From contig CALASN010000164.1 in the NCBI GenBank assembly GCA_937888735.1, positions 26,643-90,642 of the forward strand: a DNA stretch of 64,000 bases. Reading direction: 5' to 3'. Under the pieces are notes generated by a model. That model ran no database searches. It had not been told where the DNA came from and saw nothing but the letters and a program-made list of their open reading frames with translations. The position numbers and the translations under genes were made by a program. The stretch comes from an uncultured Bacillota bacterium (GTDB taxonomy: Bacteria > Bacillota > DTU084). Shown piece after piece: positions 39,372 through 47,593 of this stretch. How positions within the stretch are numbered: the stretch's first letter is position 1; each line of letters opens with the position of its first letter.

Positions 39372-40121
39372 ATGGCATATCAGGTGCAGCTGCCCACCTT
39401 TACAGGTCCTTTGGACCTGCTTTTGCATCTCATCAGGCGCCACGAAATTGATATTTACGATATACCCATCAGCTTAATTACGGAGCAATATCTGAAGTCT
39501 TTAAGGGAAATGCGCCGGCTGGATCTGGAGCTGGCTGCTGATTTTTTGGTGATGGCTGCCACTTTAATGCAGATCAAAGCCAGGATGCTGCTGCCAAAGC
39601 CTGACCCGCCATTGCCGGATGAGGATGAAGCGGATCCCAGAGCTGAATTGGCAAGACAACTGGCGGAATACAGTCAATTCAAAGCCGCCTCTGAAATTTT
39701 GGCGGAGCGAGAGGCGCAGTGGCAGCAGGTTTTCTGCAGGCCTTTGGACGCCATCATGCAGGATCGGGCGGCGCTCCCAGCGGAGCCTGAATTGCCGCTG
39801 AACGTTTCCCCCCAATTCCGGCTGGAAGTGAAGGAATTGTGGAAAGCGCTGGCCAGGATTTTAGAGCGCCAGAAGCGCTCTGAAAGCGAGGTCATGGCCA
39901 GAGAGAAGGTAACCTTACCGGGGCAGCTGGAGAATATTCGCAGCCTGCTGCGGCAAGGCGAGATTAGCTTTCAGGCGATCTTTGCCGAAAAACCTAGCCG
40001 CCTGGTGATTGTAGTGACTTTTCTGGCTTTATTAGAGTTGATCCGCTTAGGCGAGGTGGAAATTCGGCAAACTGAGAATTTTGGAGATATTTTGATCGAA
40101 GGACATAAGCATGAAGCATAG
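39372..40121 (+). CDS. scpA: Segregation and condensation protein A.
   Basis: The N-terminus FTGPLDLLLHLIRRHEIDIYDIPISLITEQYL is the ScpA signature. Confidence 0.85.
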   Translation: MAYQVQLPTFTGPLDLLLHLIRRHEIDIYDIPISLITEQYLKSLREMRRLDLELAADFLVMAATLMQIKARMLLPKPDPPLPDEDEADPRAELARQLAEYSQFKAASEILAEREAQWQQVFCRPLDAIMQDRAALPAEPELPLNVSPQFRLEVKELWKALARILERQKRSESEVMAREKVTLPGQLENIRSLLRQGEISFQAIFAEKPSRLVIVVTFLALLELIRLGEVEIRQTENFGDILIEGHKHEA

Positions 40122-40632
40122 AGAGCGTGCCGCCTTGGAGGCAATGCTTTTTTTAGCCACCCAGCCCCTTCCCCTGGCAGAGTTGGCCAAACGTCTTAAT
40201 GTCGATGAGGAGACAGTCGGCAGGCTAGTGGCACAGTTAGAACAGGAATATGCGGCCAGGGAAAGCGGCCTTGAGATCGTGCCCTTGGGAGGCGGCTTGC
40301 GGCTTTGCACCAGGCCGGAATTGGCCCGCTATCTGCTTCCCCCAGAACAGCCGCCTCATCTTTCCGCGGCAAGCCTTGAGGTGCTGGTGATTGTGGCCTA
40401 CAGGCAACCTGTGACCCGCAGCCAGATTGAACAAATCAGAGGCGTGCGGTCTGAGCGGGCATTGGCAAGCTTGGTGGAGCGCGATTTGATCACCGAAGCC
40501 GGCAGGGCAGAAGGCCCCGGCAGGCCGATTCTCTATGGCACAACCGCGACTTTCCTGGAAACATTTGGTTTCAATACGCTGCAGGAATTGCCCAGTCTGC
40601 CCGCTCAGCTGACTAGCAAACAGGATTCTTAG
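40111..40632 (+). CDS. scpB: Segregation and condensation protein B.
   Basis: 173 aa. Winged-helix repeats ALEAMLFLATQPL and VIVAYRQPVTRSQIEQIRGV. The gene overlaps the scpA stop. Confidence 0.85.
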   Translation: MKHRERAALEAMLFLATQPLPLAELAKRLNVDEETVGRLVAQLEQEYAARESGLEIVPLGGGLRLCTRPELARYLLPPEQPPHLSAASLEVLVIVAYRQPVTRSQIEQIRGVRSERALASLVERDLITEAGRAEGPGRPILYGTTATFLETFGFNTLQELPSLPAQLTSKQDS

Positions 40633-41023
40633 GGCCATGTTCCGTTTTCCTGCCGAAGCCCAGTTGCGCCAGTAATTGGGGCGCCATATCCAAGATGCGA
40701 TCGTAAATTGCGTTTTGGTTAACGGACAGGAGCCTTACGTTACCCTGGCCTACAACTAGAAAGCCAACGGGCTGCAAGGAAATGCCGGCGCCTGATCCTC
40801 CTCCGAAAGGCGCTTTCTGCTGCGCTTCCGTTTCGAATTCCGTTCCGCCGGCTGCAAACCCAAAGGAAACCTTAGAGAACGGCAAGATTACATTTCCATC
40901 CGGCGCTTCCACAGCTTCACCCAAAATGGTATTCACATCCACCATTTCATTGATCTTTTCCATGGCGGTCTTCAGTAAACCTTCAATCGGATGCTGCTTT
41001 TTTTCCGTTCCTTCTTCCGGCAT
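40613..41023 (-). CDS. ytfJ: Sporulation protein YtfJ (GerW family).
   Basis: HPIEGLLKTAMEKINEMVDVNTILGEAV...GAGISLQPVGFLVV matches the YtfJ/GerW family. Its 3' end overlaps the scpB 3' end by 20 nt (convergent genes). Confidence 0.8.
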   Translation of the reverse strand: MPEEGTEKKQHPIEGLLKTAMEKINEMVDVNTILGEAVEAPDGNVILPFSKVSFGFAAGGTEFETEAQQKAPFGGGSGAGISLQPVGFLVVGQGNVRLLSVNQNAIYDRILDMAPQLLAQLGFGRKTEHGPKNPVC

Positions 41024-41498
41024 TTCTCACCACATCCTTCCAGTAATTGACAAAGACGTACTTAGCGCTGACAATGATAATATAGCCTGGAACAAGCCGA
41101 AATATGCAAAAGCCGCGTCCAGTTAAAGCCGGCTCCGGGCCAAAGACTGGTCTGACCGCGAAAGCCGCTTTCCTCGGGAAAAGCGGCTTTATTGCTCCCC
41201 ACAGCAGCCACAGCAGTCCCGCGAGCCTGGCTGTCTGGGCAGCGTCGCCCGTCCCCACGGCAAGCTGCAGCGAGAAGGCGGTCATTTTGATTTTGCTCTC
41301 CAGGTAGATTTTTCGGAATAATTTGAGCTTCCGCCAGTTCGGTTGGCTGGTGGGCTCTTCGCCTTGGCTTTTTTTGCCAGCTGGAAGAGGAAATGAGATC
41401 CCCAGCCAGCGCAGTTTGATTTTTAGCTCCGGCTCCAAACTGAGGCACAGATGCAGCGGGATAATGCAGAGCAGCAGGATGATGGCAAAGACTATCAT
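40983..41498 (-). CDS. ytfI: DUF2953 (YtfI-like) sporulation-associated membrane protein.
   Basis: Start chosen at minus-strand ATG 41498 behind a GGGAGGA RBS. The N-terminal TM segment is MIVFAIILLLCIIPL. It sits beside ytfJ as in Bacillus subtilis. Confidence 0.6.
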   Translation of the reverse strand: MIVFAIILLLCIIPLHLCLSLEPELKIKLRWLGISFPLPAGKKSQGEEPTSQPNWRKLKLFRKIYLESKIKMTAFSLQLAVGTGDAAQTARLAGLLWLLWGAIKPLFPRKAAFAVRPVFGPEPALTGRGFCIFRLVPGYIIIVSAKYVFVNYWKDVVRNAGRRNGKKAASD

Positions 41499-41596
41499 AG
41501 CTATATCCTCCCAATTTTGCCCGGGCAATATGTAAATCTTTCGCGCCTGTGAAGTCTTTTCATCCTGTTGCATACAATAAAACAGGAGGTGAGGCT

Positions 41597-42883
41597 GTGA
41601 GCAAAATCGTAGTGATTGGCGGGGGATGGGCAGGCTGCGCTGCTGCTGTGGCCGCCAGACAAGCCGGCGCCGAGGTGACGCTTCTGGAGCGCACAGATAT
41701 GCTTTTGGGCACAGGCCTGGTGGGAGGAATCATGAACAACAACGGCAGGCTCAGCGCTGCCTGGGAAGCGCGAGCCATGGGCGCAGGCGCGCTCTTCGCC
41801 TTAATTGACGCCACAGTGCTTCATACTCAGGTGGAGTTTCCCGGCCATCACCATGCCTCCCTGTATGATGTGAATAGAATAGAGCCCCTGGTTGCAGCCT
41901 ACCTCGCCCAGCTGGGAATCAAAGTCCAGCTCTGCCAGAGAGCGGTCGACGTGGTCATGTCCGGAAAGACCATAGAAGCCGTGCTCACAGCGCAGAAACA
42001 AAAATATGAGGCTGACGCCTTTGTGGAAGCCACAGGCACGGCGGGACCTGTGGGCAATTGCCTTCGGTTCGATTCCAGCTGTGTAATGTGCATTCTTCGC
42101 TGCCCGACTTTCGGTCCCCGGGTGAGCATCGCGGCTAAAGCCGGCGTGGCTGAGAATACGGATCATCTCTTCGAAGCCCTGAGCGGTTCCTGCAAATTGA
42201 GGAAGGCGTCGCTGGCCAATTGGGTCGTAGAGAAGCTGGAGCGGGACGGAGTGCTGTTAATTCCCATTCCAAAATTTTTAGCGGAGGAAGATTTGCTGCA
42301 GAAGAAAGCCTGCCAGCAATACGCGCTGAAAGAGTTTGCAACCAATCTGGTGCTGCTGCACACGGGATCTGTGAAGCTGATGGCGCCTTTCTTCCCTCTG
42401 GAGAAGCTGCGCACGATTCGCGGCTTTGAACAAGCTAAATTTGAAGATCCCTATTCGGGAGGCAGAGGCAACTCTGTCCGTTATTGCCTGATCACTCCCC
42501 GGGATAATCAAATGCAAGTTGAAGGAGTGGAAAACTTATTTTGTGCCGGCGAAAAAGGAGGCCTGATGGTGGGCCATACGGAGGCCATCATCACAGGAAG
42601 CCTAGCGGGATGCAATGCGGTGCGCGAAGCCAACGGACTGCCGCTGCTTCAGCTGCCAAGGGCATTAGCCTCTGGAGACTTCATCGCCTTTGTCCGGGAA
42701 GAACTGAGCCTGGGCGCTCACCAAATGGGCAAATACACCTTTGCGGGCTCGGTTTATTTTCAGCGCATGCGCGAGCAGGGGCTTTATACCACGGATTTGG
42801 GGAAAATAGAGAGGCGCGTCAAGCAGTGCGGCCTGGAAGGCGTTTTTTCTCAGCCTTTGGAAGGACGAAAAAAACGCGGTTGA
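41597..42883 (+). CDS. FAD/NAD(P)-binding oxidoreductase with an internal Cys cluster (C-x7-C-x2-C-x4-C).
   Basis: Rossmann motif KIVVIGGGWAGCAAAVAARQAGAEVTLLER. Cys cluster NCLRFDSSCVMCILRCP. GTG start after AGGAGGTGA. Confidence 0.6.
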   Translation: MSKIVVIGGGWAGCAAAVAARQAGAEVTLLERTDMLLGTGLVGGIMNNNGRLSAAWEARAMGAGALFALIDATVLHTQVEFPGHHHASLYDVNRIEPLVAAYLAQLGIKVQLCQRAVDVVMSGKTIEAVLTAQKQKYEADAFVEATGTAGPVGNCLRFDSSCVMCILRCPTFGPRVSIAAKAGVAENTDHLFEALSGSCKLRKASLANWVVEKLERDGVLLIPIPKFLAEEDLLQKKACQQYALKEFATNLVLLHTGSVKLMAPFFPLEKLRTIRGFEQAKFEDPYSGGRGNSVRYCLITPRDNQMQVEGVENLFCAGEKGGLMVGHTEAIITGSLAGCNAVREANGLPLLQLPRALASGDFIAFVREELSLGAHQMGKYTFAGSVYFQRMREQGLYTTDLGKIERRVKQCGLEGVFSQPLEGRKKRG

Positions 42884-42908
42884 CAGGAATTGCGGCCGGT
42901 GATATTAT
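42880..42908 (+). promoter_or_regulatory. Near-consensus SigA promoter (TTGACA, 17-nt spacer, TATTAT) overlapping the stop codon of the upstream gene.
   Basis: Read directly from the sequence. Confidence 0.45.
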
Positions 42909-42942
42909 CCAGGTTGAAGAACAAACTGGAAGGAAGAGACAA

Positions 42943-43080
42943 GTGAAAAGATTCATCGGCCCAGGCCGCTTGGGTTCTAACGTTGCCGTTACATTTGAGC
43001 GTGATGTTCCGCTTGTGGACAAGAAGGAAGAGCGGGTTCGGGGACTAGCCAACCTAAATCGTTGGGAAGCGCTGTCTTAG
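42943..43080 (+). CDS. Candidate 45-aa small protein (no family recognised) immediately downstream of the strong promoter and overlapping the rluB start region.
   Basis: GTG start 5 nt after GGAAGGAAGAG. Translation VKRFIGPGRLGSNVAVTFERDVPLVDKKEERVRGLANLNRWEALS. Confidence 0.3.
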   Translation: MKRFIGPGRLGSNVAVTFERDVPLVDKKEERVRGLANLNRWEALS

Positions 43081-43868
43081 TGGAGCGTCTGCAAAAGGTC
43101 TTAGCCGCGCACGGCGTCGCTTCCAGACGTAAGGCGGAGGAGCTCATTTTAGCGGGTAGGGTTCAGGTTGATGGCAAAATCGTCAAGGAACTGGGAGTGC
43201 GGGTAAGCGCAAATTCTCAAATCGAAGTGGACGGGAAGGGCCTTTCGGACGAGCCCTTGACTTATCTCTTGCTGCATAAGCCGCCTGGGTACGTCACCAC
43301 AGTCCATGATCCCCAAGGCAGACCAACCGTGCTGGAGCTTGTGCGCAGCCCCTTCCGTCTCTACCCGGTGGGAAGACTGGATTATGACAGCGAAGGCCTT
43401 TTGCTGCTCACCAATGACGGGGAACTGGCCAATATGCTCACCCACCCCAGATTCGGGATAGAAAAAACATATCGCGCCACAGTCCAGGGAATTCCGAGCG
43501 CAGCAAGCATAGAACGGCTTGCGCGGGGAGTGCGTTTGGAAGACGGCCTCACGCAGCCCGCGGATGTGAGGCTGGTTGCCGAGAGGGGAGAGCACGCGGT
43601 TTTAGAGCTTACCATCCATGAGGGCCGCAAAAGGCAAGTGCGGAGAATGTGTCAGGCCGTCGGCCACAAGGTAATCAAGCTGGTACGGATTCGCTTTGGA
43701 CCTCTAGTTCTCGGCGCTCTGCCGCCCGGAGCCACCAGATCCCTCTTCTCCCAGGAAAAAAAATCTTTGGAAAAGTTAAGGGAGGTAGGACGCAAAAAGC
43801 GACAGTCTAAGGGACATACTACAGACGGGGGTGGTGGCAGAAATGATTATGGTCAAAAACGGCGATAA
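43062..43868 (+). CDS. rluB: 23S rRNA pseudouridine synthase (RluB/RsuA family) with an N-terminal S4 domain.
   Basis: S4 domain ERLQKVLAAHGVASRRKAEELILAGRVQVDGKIV. Catalytic motif YPVGRLDYDSEGLLLLTNDGELA. The start is ambiguous (TTG 43062 or GTG 43080). Confidence 0.85.
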   Translation: MGSAVLVERLQKVLAAHGVASRRKAEELILAGRVQVDGKIVKELGVRVSANSQIEVDGKGLSDEPLTYLLLHKPPGYVTTVHDPQGRPTVLELVRSPFRLYPVGRLDYDSEGLLLLTNDGELANMLTHPRFGIEKTYRATVQGIPSAASIERLARGVRLEDGLTQPADVRLVAERGEHAVLELTIHEGRKRQVRRMCQAVGHKVIKLVRIRFGPLVLGALPPGATRSLFSQEKKSLEKLREVGRKKRQSKGHTTDGGGGRNDYGQKRR

Positions 43869-44319
43869 ATTTGAACGAGGAATCATGCGCGCGCGTTTGC
43901 GTTTTGATTTTAAAGGCATCAGTCGGCCGACCAGATTTTTCTTCGGCGCCAAAAGTCCGGTGGAGGTGGCGGAAGAAATCCGGGAAAAGCAGTTGGTGGC
44001 GTTTCAGCATGTGCCCATCCAGGGCATCGCCATTACGGAACTGGATGGGCAAGGCGAGATTTATACCATCTCAGACCCGCTCACAGCCGAAGACGTGGCT
44101 TTTGCGCCGGTTGAGTTGGTGGTGGAGGCCAGCTCCCTGGAAGAATTGATTCGCTTTTCCCTCAGGGAAGAGTTTCGGAAAATCGATATTCTGGAGCCAA
44201 AGGAAATGTTTCTCACCCATTATGATGCTGAGAAAATGCTTTATCAAGTGGGAGAGGAGATGCGTCAGGCACGCTTCTTAGCCGCCCGCATAGAGGGTAA
44301 GGGCAGATGGGACGGGTAA
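43840..44319 (+). CDS. Hypothetical cytoplasmic protein (~160 aa).
   Basis: ATG 43840 follows a GGGGGTGGTGG RBS. No recognisable motif. It is coding-like and overlaps the start of the downstream gene. Confidence 0.5.
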   Translation, partial: EMIMVKNGDKFERGIMRARLRFDFKGISRPTRFFFGAKSPVEVAEEIREKQLVAFQHVPIQGIAITELDGQGEIYTISDPLTAEDVAFAPVELVVEASSLEELIRFSLREEFRKIDILEPKEMFLTHYDAEKMLYQVGEEMRQARFLAARIEGKGRWDG

Positions 44320-45485
44320 TCGTCACAGGCGCGGGCCCGGCCGGGATGACGGCTGCCATTCATGCGGCCCGCGCAGGCGCGCGGGTTTTGCTATTGGAAA
44401 AGAATCACGAGGCCGGCAAAAAGCTGCTGCTGACCGGCGGCGGCCGGTGTAATCTCACGAATACCCTGGCCGGAGAGCAGCTCGAAATTCAATATCCGGG
44501 CGCAGGCGGGTTTCTCTACAGCGCCTTTGCGCAATTCGGGCCGGCGGCCATTTGCGCTTTCTTTCGGGAGTTAGGAATGAATTTGCGCGTTGAAGAAGAG
44601 GGCAGAGTATTCCCTCGCTCAGGCGGTGCGGCAAGCGTAAGAGAAGTCTTGCTGGAGGAGCTGAGAAGGCGCGGGGTGGAGATTCTATATGACCGAGAGG
44701 TGAGAAAAATCCTGCTCTCCCAGGGGCGAATCCGGGGCGTAGAGGCCGGGGAGGAATACGCGGCCAGTCAAGTTATTTTGGCTACAGGCGGCGCCTCTTA
44801 TCCTGCCACCGGCGCGACCGGCGCCGGCTACGCGCTGGCCAAGAGCGTAGGCCACAAAGTGTCACCCTTGAAGCCTGCCTTGGCGTCGCTGTTGGTGAAC
44901 GAACAATGGCTGCATTCCCTCTCCGGGGTGTCGCTTTCCGCAAGCTGCCGGCTAAGGCTGGGTAAAAAGACCGTCACGGGCACCGGAGAGCTGCTTTTCA
45001 CCCACTTTGGCCTCTCCGGACCGTTGGCGCTGAATCTCAGCCGCTATCTGGAACCTGGCATGCAGCTGCAGCTGAATTTATTGCCTCAGCAAAACAAAGA
45101 GGAACTGTTTTCCCCGCGAGAGTCCACAATCGGACAAAGACTGAGCGCGCTTTTGCCCCATAGGTTAAGCAAAAAGCTTTTAGAACTGGCGGGCATCGAG
45201 CCCGGCTTGCGGGCCTTGTCCCGGGCTCAGAGAACGGGACTGGCGGAGCTGGTGTTTGCCCTTCCGGTAAAGATCGCGGGCATAAAGCCGCTGGGAGAGG
45301 CTATGGTTACCTGCGGCGGAGTGGAACTGCGCGAAGTTGCTCCCCAAACTATGGCTTCCAAGCTGATCCCCGGTCTGTTCTTTGCCGGGGAGCTTTTGGA
45401 TTTGGACGGAATCAGCGGCGGTTATAATTTGACGGTTGCTTTTGCCACAGGCGCTGTGGCCGGCGCCGCCGCAGGAGGCTTGTAA
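44307..45485 (+). CDS. ytfP: HI0933/BaiN-like flavoprotein (YtfP family, aminoacetone-oxidase-like FAD enzyme).
   Basis: The N-terminus MGRVIVTGAGPAGMTAAIHAARAGARVLLLEKNHEAGKKLLLTGGGRCNLTN is the HI0933 signature. Confidence 0.8.
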   Translation: MGRVIVTGAGPAGMTAAIHAARAGARVLLLEKNHEAGKKLLLTGGGRCNLTNTLAGEQLEIQYPGAGGFLYSAFAQFGPAAICAFFRELGMNLRVEEEGRVFPRSGGAASVREVLLEELRRRGVEILYDREVRKILLSQGRIRGVEAGEEYAASQVILATGGASYPATGATGAGYALAKSVGHKVSPLKPALASLLVNEQWLHSLSGVSLSASCRLRLGKKTVTGTGELLFTHFGLSGPLALNLSRYLEPGMQLQLNLLPQQNKEELFSPRESTIGQRLSALLPHRLSKKLLELAGIEPGLRALSRAQRTGLAELVFALPVKIAGIKPLGEAMVTCGGVELREVAPQTMASKLIPGLFFAGELLDLDGISGGYNLTVAFATGAVAGAAAGGL

Positions 45486-45486
45486 T

Positions 45487-45675
45487 GTGGCTAACTTTCA
45501 GGACAAGCTTTTAAAATTAGTCTTTAGCTTGCTGCTTTTGCTGATCCTCGCGCAGGCCTTGCTCCTTTTTGATAAACCGAGGCGTTTTCTTTCCCGGGTC
45601 GATCGCCTGGAGGGAAAACCGTGGCGGAATCAGCTTGCGCCAGCCGCGACTGATGTGGTAAACTATAGGAAATAA
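45487..45675 (+). CDS. Possible 62-aa single-TM small protein. It could instead be an untranslated leader of the HutP-aro operon.
   Basis: GTG start right after the ytfP stop. It has a hydrophobic core LLKLVFSLLLLLILAQALLLF. No RBS is evident. Confidence 0.2.
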   Translation: MANFQDKLLKLVFSLLLLLILAQALLLFDKPRRFLSRVDRLEGKPWRNQLAPAATDVVNYRK

Positions 45676-45679
45676 TTGG

Positions 45680-46114
45680 GTGGTGGTATTAGTGTTGGCG
45701 CATGAAAGCAGAGCAGTGGCTAAAGCCGCATTGGGCATCGCATTGACTTTTACCCATGAAGAGGAAGCCAAGCTGAAAGAAATGCTGGCCAAAGCGGAGA
45801 TCCTGGCGGTGGGCGTAGACTATGGAGGAGAGTTTTCCACTTCCATAGGCAAGATTGTGGAGCGCGCAGTGGTGGCTGCCAAACGCGAGGGCGTGATCAG
45901 CTCCGCTCACGCGGAAGAAGGGGCAGTTGCCGGAGCCACCCATGAGGCTTTGATGCAGATTTCTTCCCGAGCCATGGGACTGAATGTGGGAGGCAAGATT
46001 GGCGTAGCGCGGCGAGGAGAGCACATCAGCGCCGCGATTTTCGTCAGCATCGGGCTGCTCCATTTGGACGATGTGGCCATTGGTCTGGGCCACAGGGCGC
46101 TGAACCTATGCTGA
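45680..46114 (+). CDS. HutP-family protein, a homolog of the Bacillus hut operon RNA-binding antiterminator.
   Basis: SAHAEEGAVAGATHEALMQIS...GEHISAAIFVSIGLLHLDDVAIGLGHRAL aligns with the B. subtilis HutP C-terminal half (SEGYRESHALYHATMEALHG...GDWIAVSLYGTIGAPIKGLEHETFGVGINHI). Confidence 0.65.
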   Translation: MVVLVLAHESRAVAKAALGIALTFTHEEEAKLKEMLAKAEILAVGVDYGGEFSTSIGKIVERAVVAAKREGVISSAHAEEGAVAGATHEALMQISSRAMGLNVGGKIGVARRGEHISAAIFVSIGLLHLDDVAIGLGHRALNLC

Positions 46115-46473
46115 GGCTATGGGGGATCAGAGGGGCCGTCACTCTGCCCGCAGATACCAAAGAGGAGATGCACAGAGCCGTCTTTGAGCTTGTGGGGCAG
46201 CTTGAACGCCGCAATAATCTGGAACAGCAGAATATTGTGAGCGCAATTTTCACCACCACCCCGGATTTAAACTGCGCGTTTCCTGCTACCTGCGCCCGAG
46301 AGGCAGGCTGGAGCGACGTGCCCATGCTCTGCATGCACGAGCTGGCGCCTGAAGGAAGCCTGCCTCTGTGCCTGCGGGTGCTGGTGCACGCTTATCTCCG
46401 GCAGGCGCCGACGCATGTGTATTTGCGCCGGGCCAAAGAATTGCGCCCGGATTTAGCCAGAGAGGAGAGCTGA
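46108..46473 (+). CDS. aroH: Chorismate mutase, AroH class.
   Basis: MLRLWGIRGAVTLPADTKEEM...TTTPDLNCAFPA closely parallels B. subtilis AroH (MMIRGIRGATTVERDTEEEI...SATPDLHAVFPA). Confidence 0.85.
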   Translation: MLRLWGIRGAVTLPADTKEEMHRAVFELVGQLERRNNLEQQNIVSAIFTTTPDLNCAFPATCAREAGWSDVPMLCMHELAPEGSLPLCLRVLVHAYLRQAPTHVYLRRAKELRPDLAREES

Positions 46474-46474
46474 G

Positions 46475-47557
46475 ATGAAATTCAGGGAAGAGTTGCTGAA
46501 CATTAAACCGTATGTGCCGGGAAAGCCAATTGAAGAGGTTAAACGGGAATTGGGGCTTTCTGATGTGATCAAACTGGCCTCCAATGAGAATCCCTTGGGG
46601 CCTTCGCCCTTAGGCGTGGCCGCAGCCGTGGAGGCGACGTCCAAGCTTAATTATTATCCTGACGGCGCTTGCTTTGAGTTGAAAGAGGAGCTGAGCAAAC
46701 GCCTGGAAGTGGATAGCTCGCAAGTGATTTTAGGCAATGGCTCCGACGAGATCATCAAGCTATTGGCGGAGACTTTTCTCTATCCAGGCGACGAGGTGAT
46801 CGTAGGCAAGCATACTTTCGGCGAATACGAGTTTGCTGCCAAGTTAATGGGCGGCAAGTTGATTGTAATTGAGCCTAAGGATTGGCGCGAGGATCTGGCG
46901 GCCATGAGCGACGCAGTTACCTCCCGCACGCGCCTGGTGTTCGTGGGCAATCCCAATAATCCTTTGGGAACCGCGGTAAAGCGCCGAGAGGTAGACGCGT
47001 TTTTGGCCAAGTTGCCTGAGGATGCTATTTTAGTTTTAGATGAGGCTTATCGCGAATATGTCACGGATCCGGATTATCCCGAGAGCATAGAGTATATCAA
47101 AGCGGGCAAAAACGTAGTGGCGCTGCGCACGTTCTCAAAAATTTACGGTCTTGCCGGCCTGCGGGTGGGCTATGGGATCGCCAAAGCCGAGCTCATCTCC
47201 GCCCTCAGCCGCGCCAGGGAGCCTTTTAATGTCAACTCTCTGGCCCAGGCCGCAGCCCGAGCCGCTCTTGCCGATAGCGGGCACATAGCGGAGAGCAAAC
47301 GGATAAACGAAGAAGGTAAGGCCTATTTATACCGGGAATTTGAACGTTTAGGTCTCGCTTATCTGCCCACGGAAGCCAATTTTATTCTGGTGCAGGTGGG
47401 CAGATCAAGCGCGGAAGTGTTCCGCAAACTCATGGCTCTTGGCGTGATCGTCCGTACAGGCGATATTTTTGGACTTCCGGACTTCATTCGCGTCAGCATA
47501 GGTTTGCCGGCGGAGAACAGAAGATTCATTTCAGCGCTCTGTGAGATTTTAAACTGA
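46475..47557 (+). CDS. hisC: Histidinol-phosphate aminotransferase (also acts as aromatic aminotransferase in Firmicutes).
   Basis: 360-aa class-II aminotransferase. Motifs LASNENPLGPSP and the FSKIYGLAGLRVGY lysine region. Confidence 0.85.
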   Translation: MKFREELLNIKPYVPGKPIEEVKRELGLSDVIKLASNENPLGPSPLGVAAAVEATSKLNYYPDGACFELKEELSKRLEVDSSQVILGNGSDEIIKLLAETFLYPGDEVIVGKHTFGEYEFAAKLMGGKLIVIEPKDWREDLAAMSDAVTSRTRLVFVGNPNNPLGTAVKRREVDAFLAKLPEDAILVLDEAYREYVTDPDYPESIEYIKAGKNVVALRTFSKIYGLAGLRVGYGIAKAELISALSRAREPFNVNSLAQAAARAALADSGHIAESKRINEEGKAYLYREFERLGLAYLPTEANFILVQVGRSSAEVFRKLMALGVIVRTGDIFGLPDFIRVSIGLPAENRRFISALCEILN

Positions 47558-47593
47558 GCAGGAAAGTAGAACGGTAGGACGGAGGGATTTATC

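Noticed and set aside
42063-42073. GGTTCGATTCC, an exact tRNA T-loop consensus.
   Set aside because: It lies inside the 41597..42883 coding frame (encoding LRFDSS). No acceptor-stem complement, D-loop or CCA context surrounds it, so it is a coincidental match.
42541-43080. 179-aa ORF overlapping the 3' end of the flavoprotein gene.
   Set aside because: The first ~130 codons lie out of frame inside the 41597..42883 CDS with an Arg/Gly-rich translation. Only the last 45 codons, downstream of the consensus promoter, were retained as a candidate small ORF.
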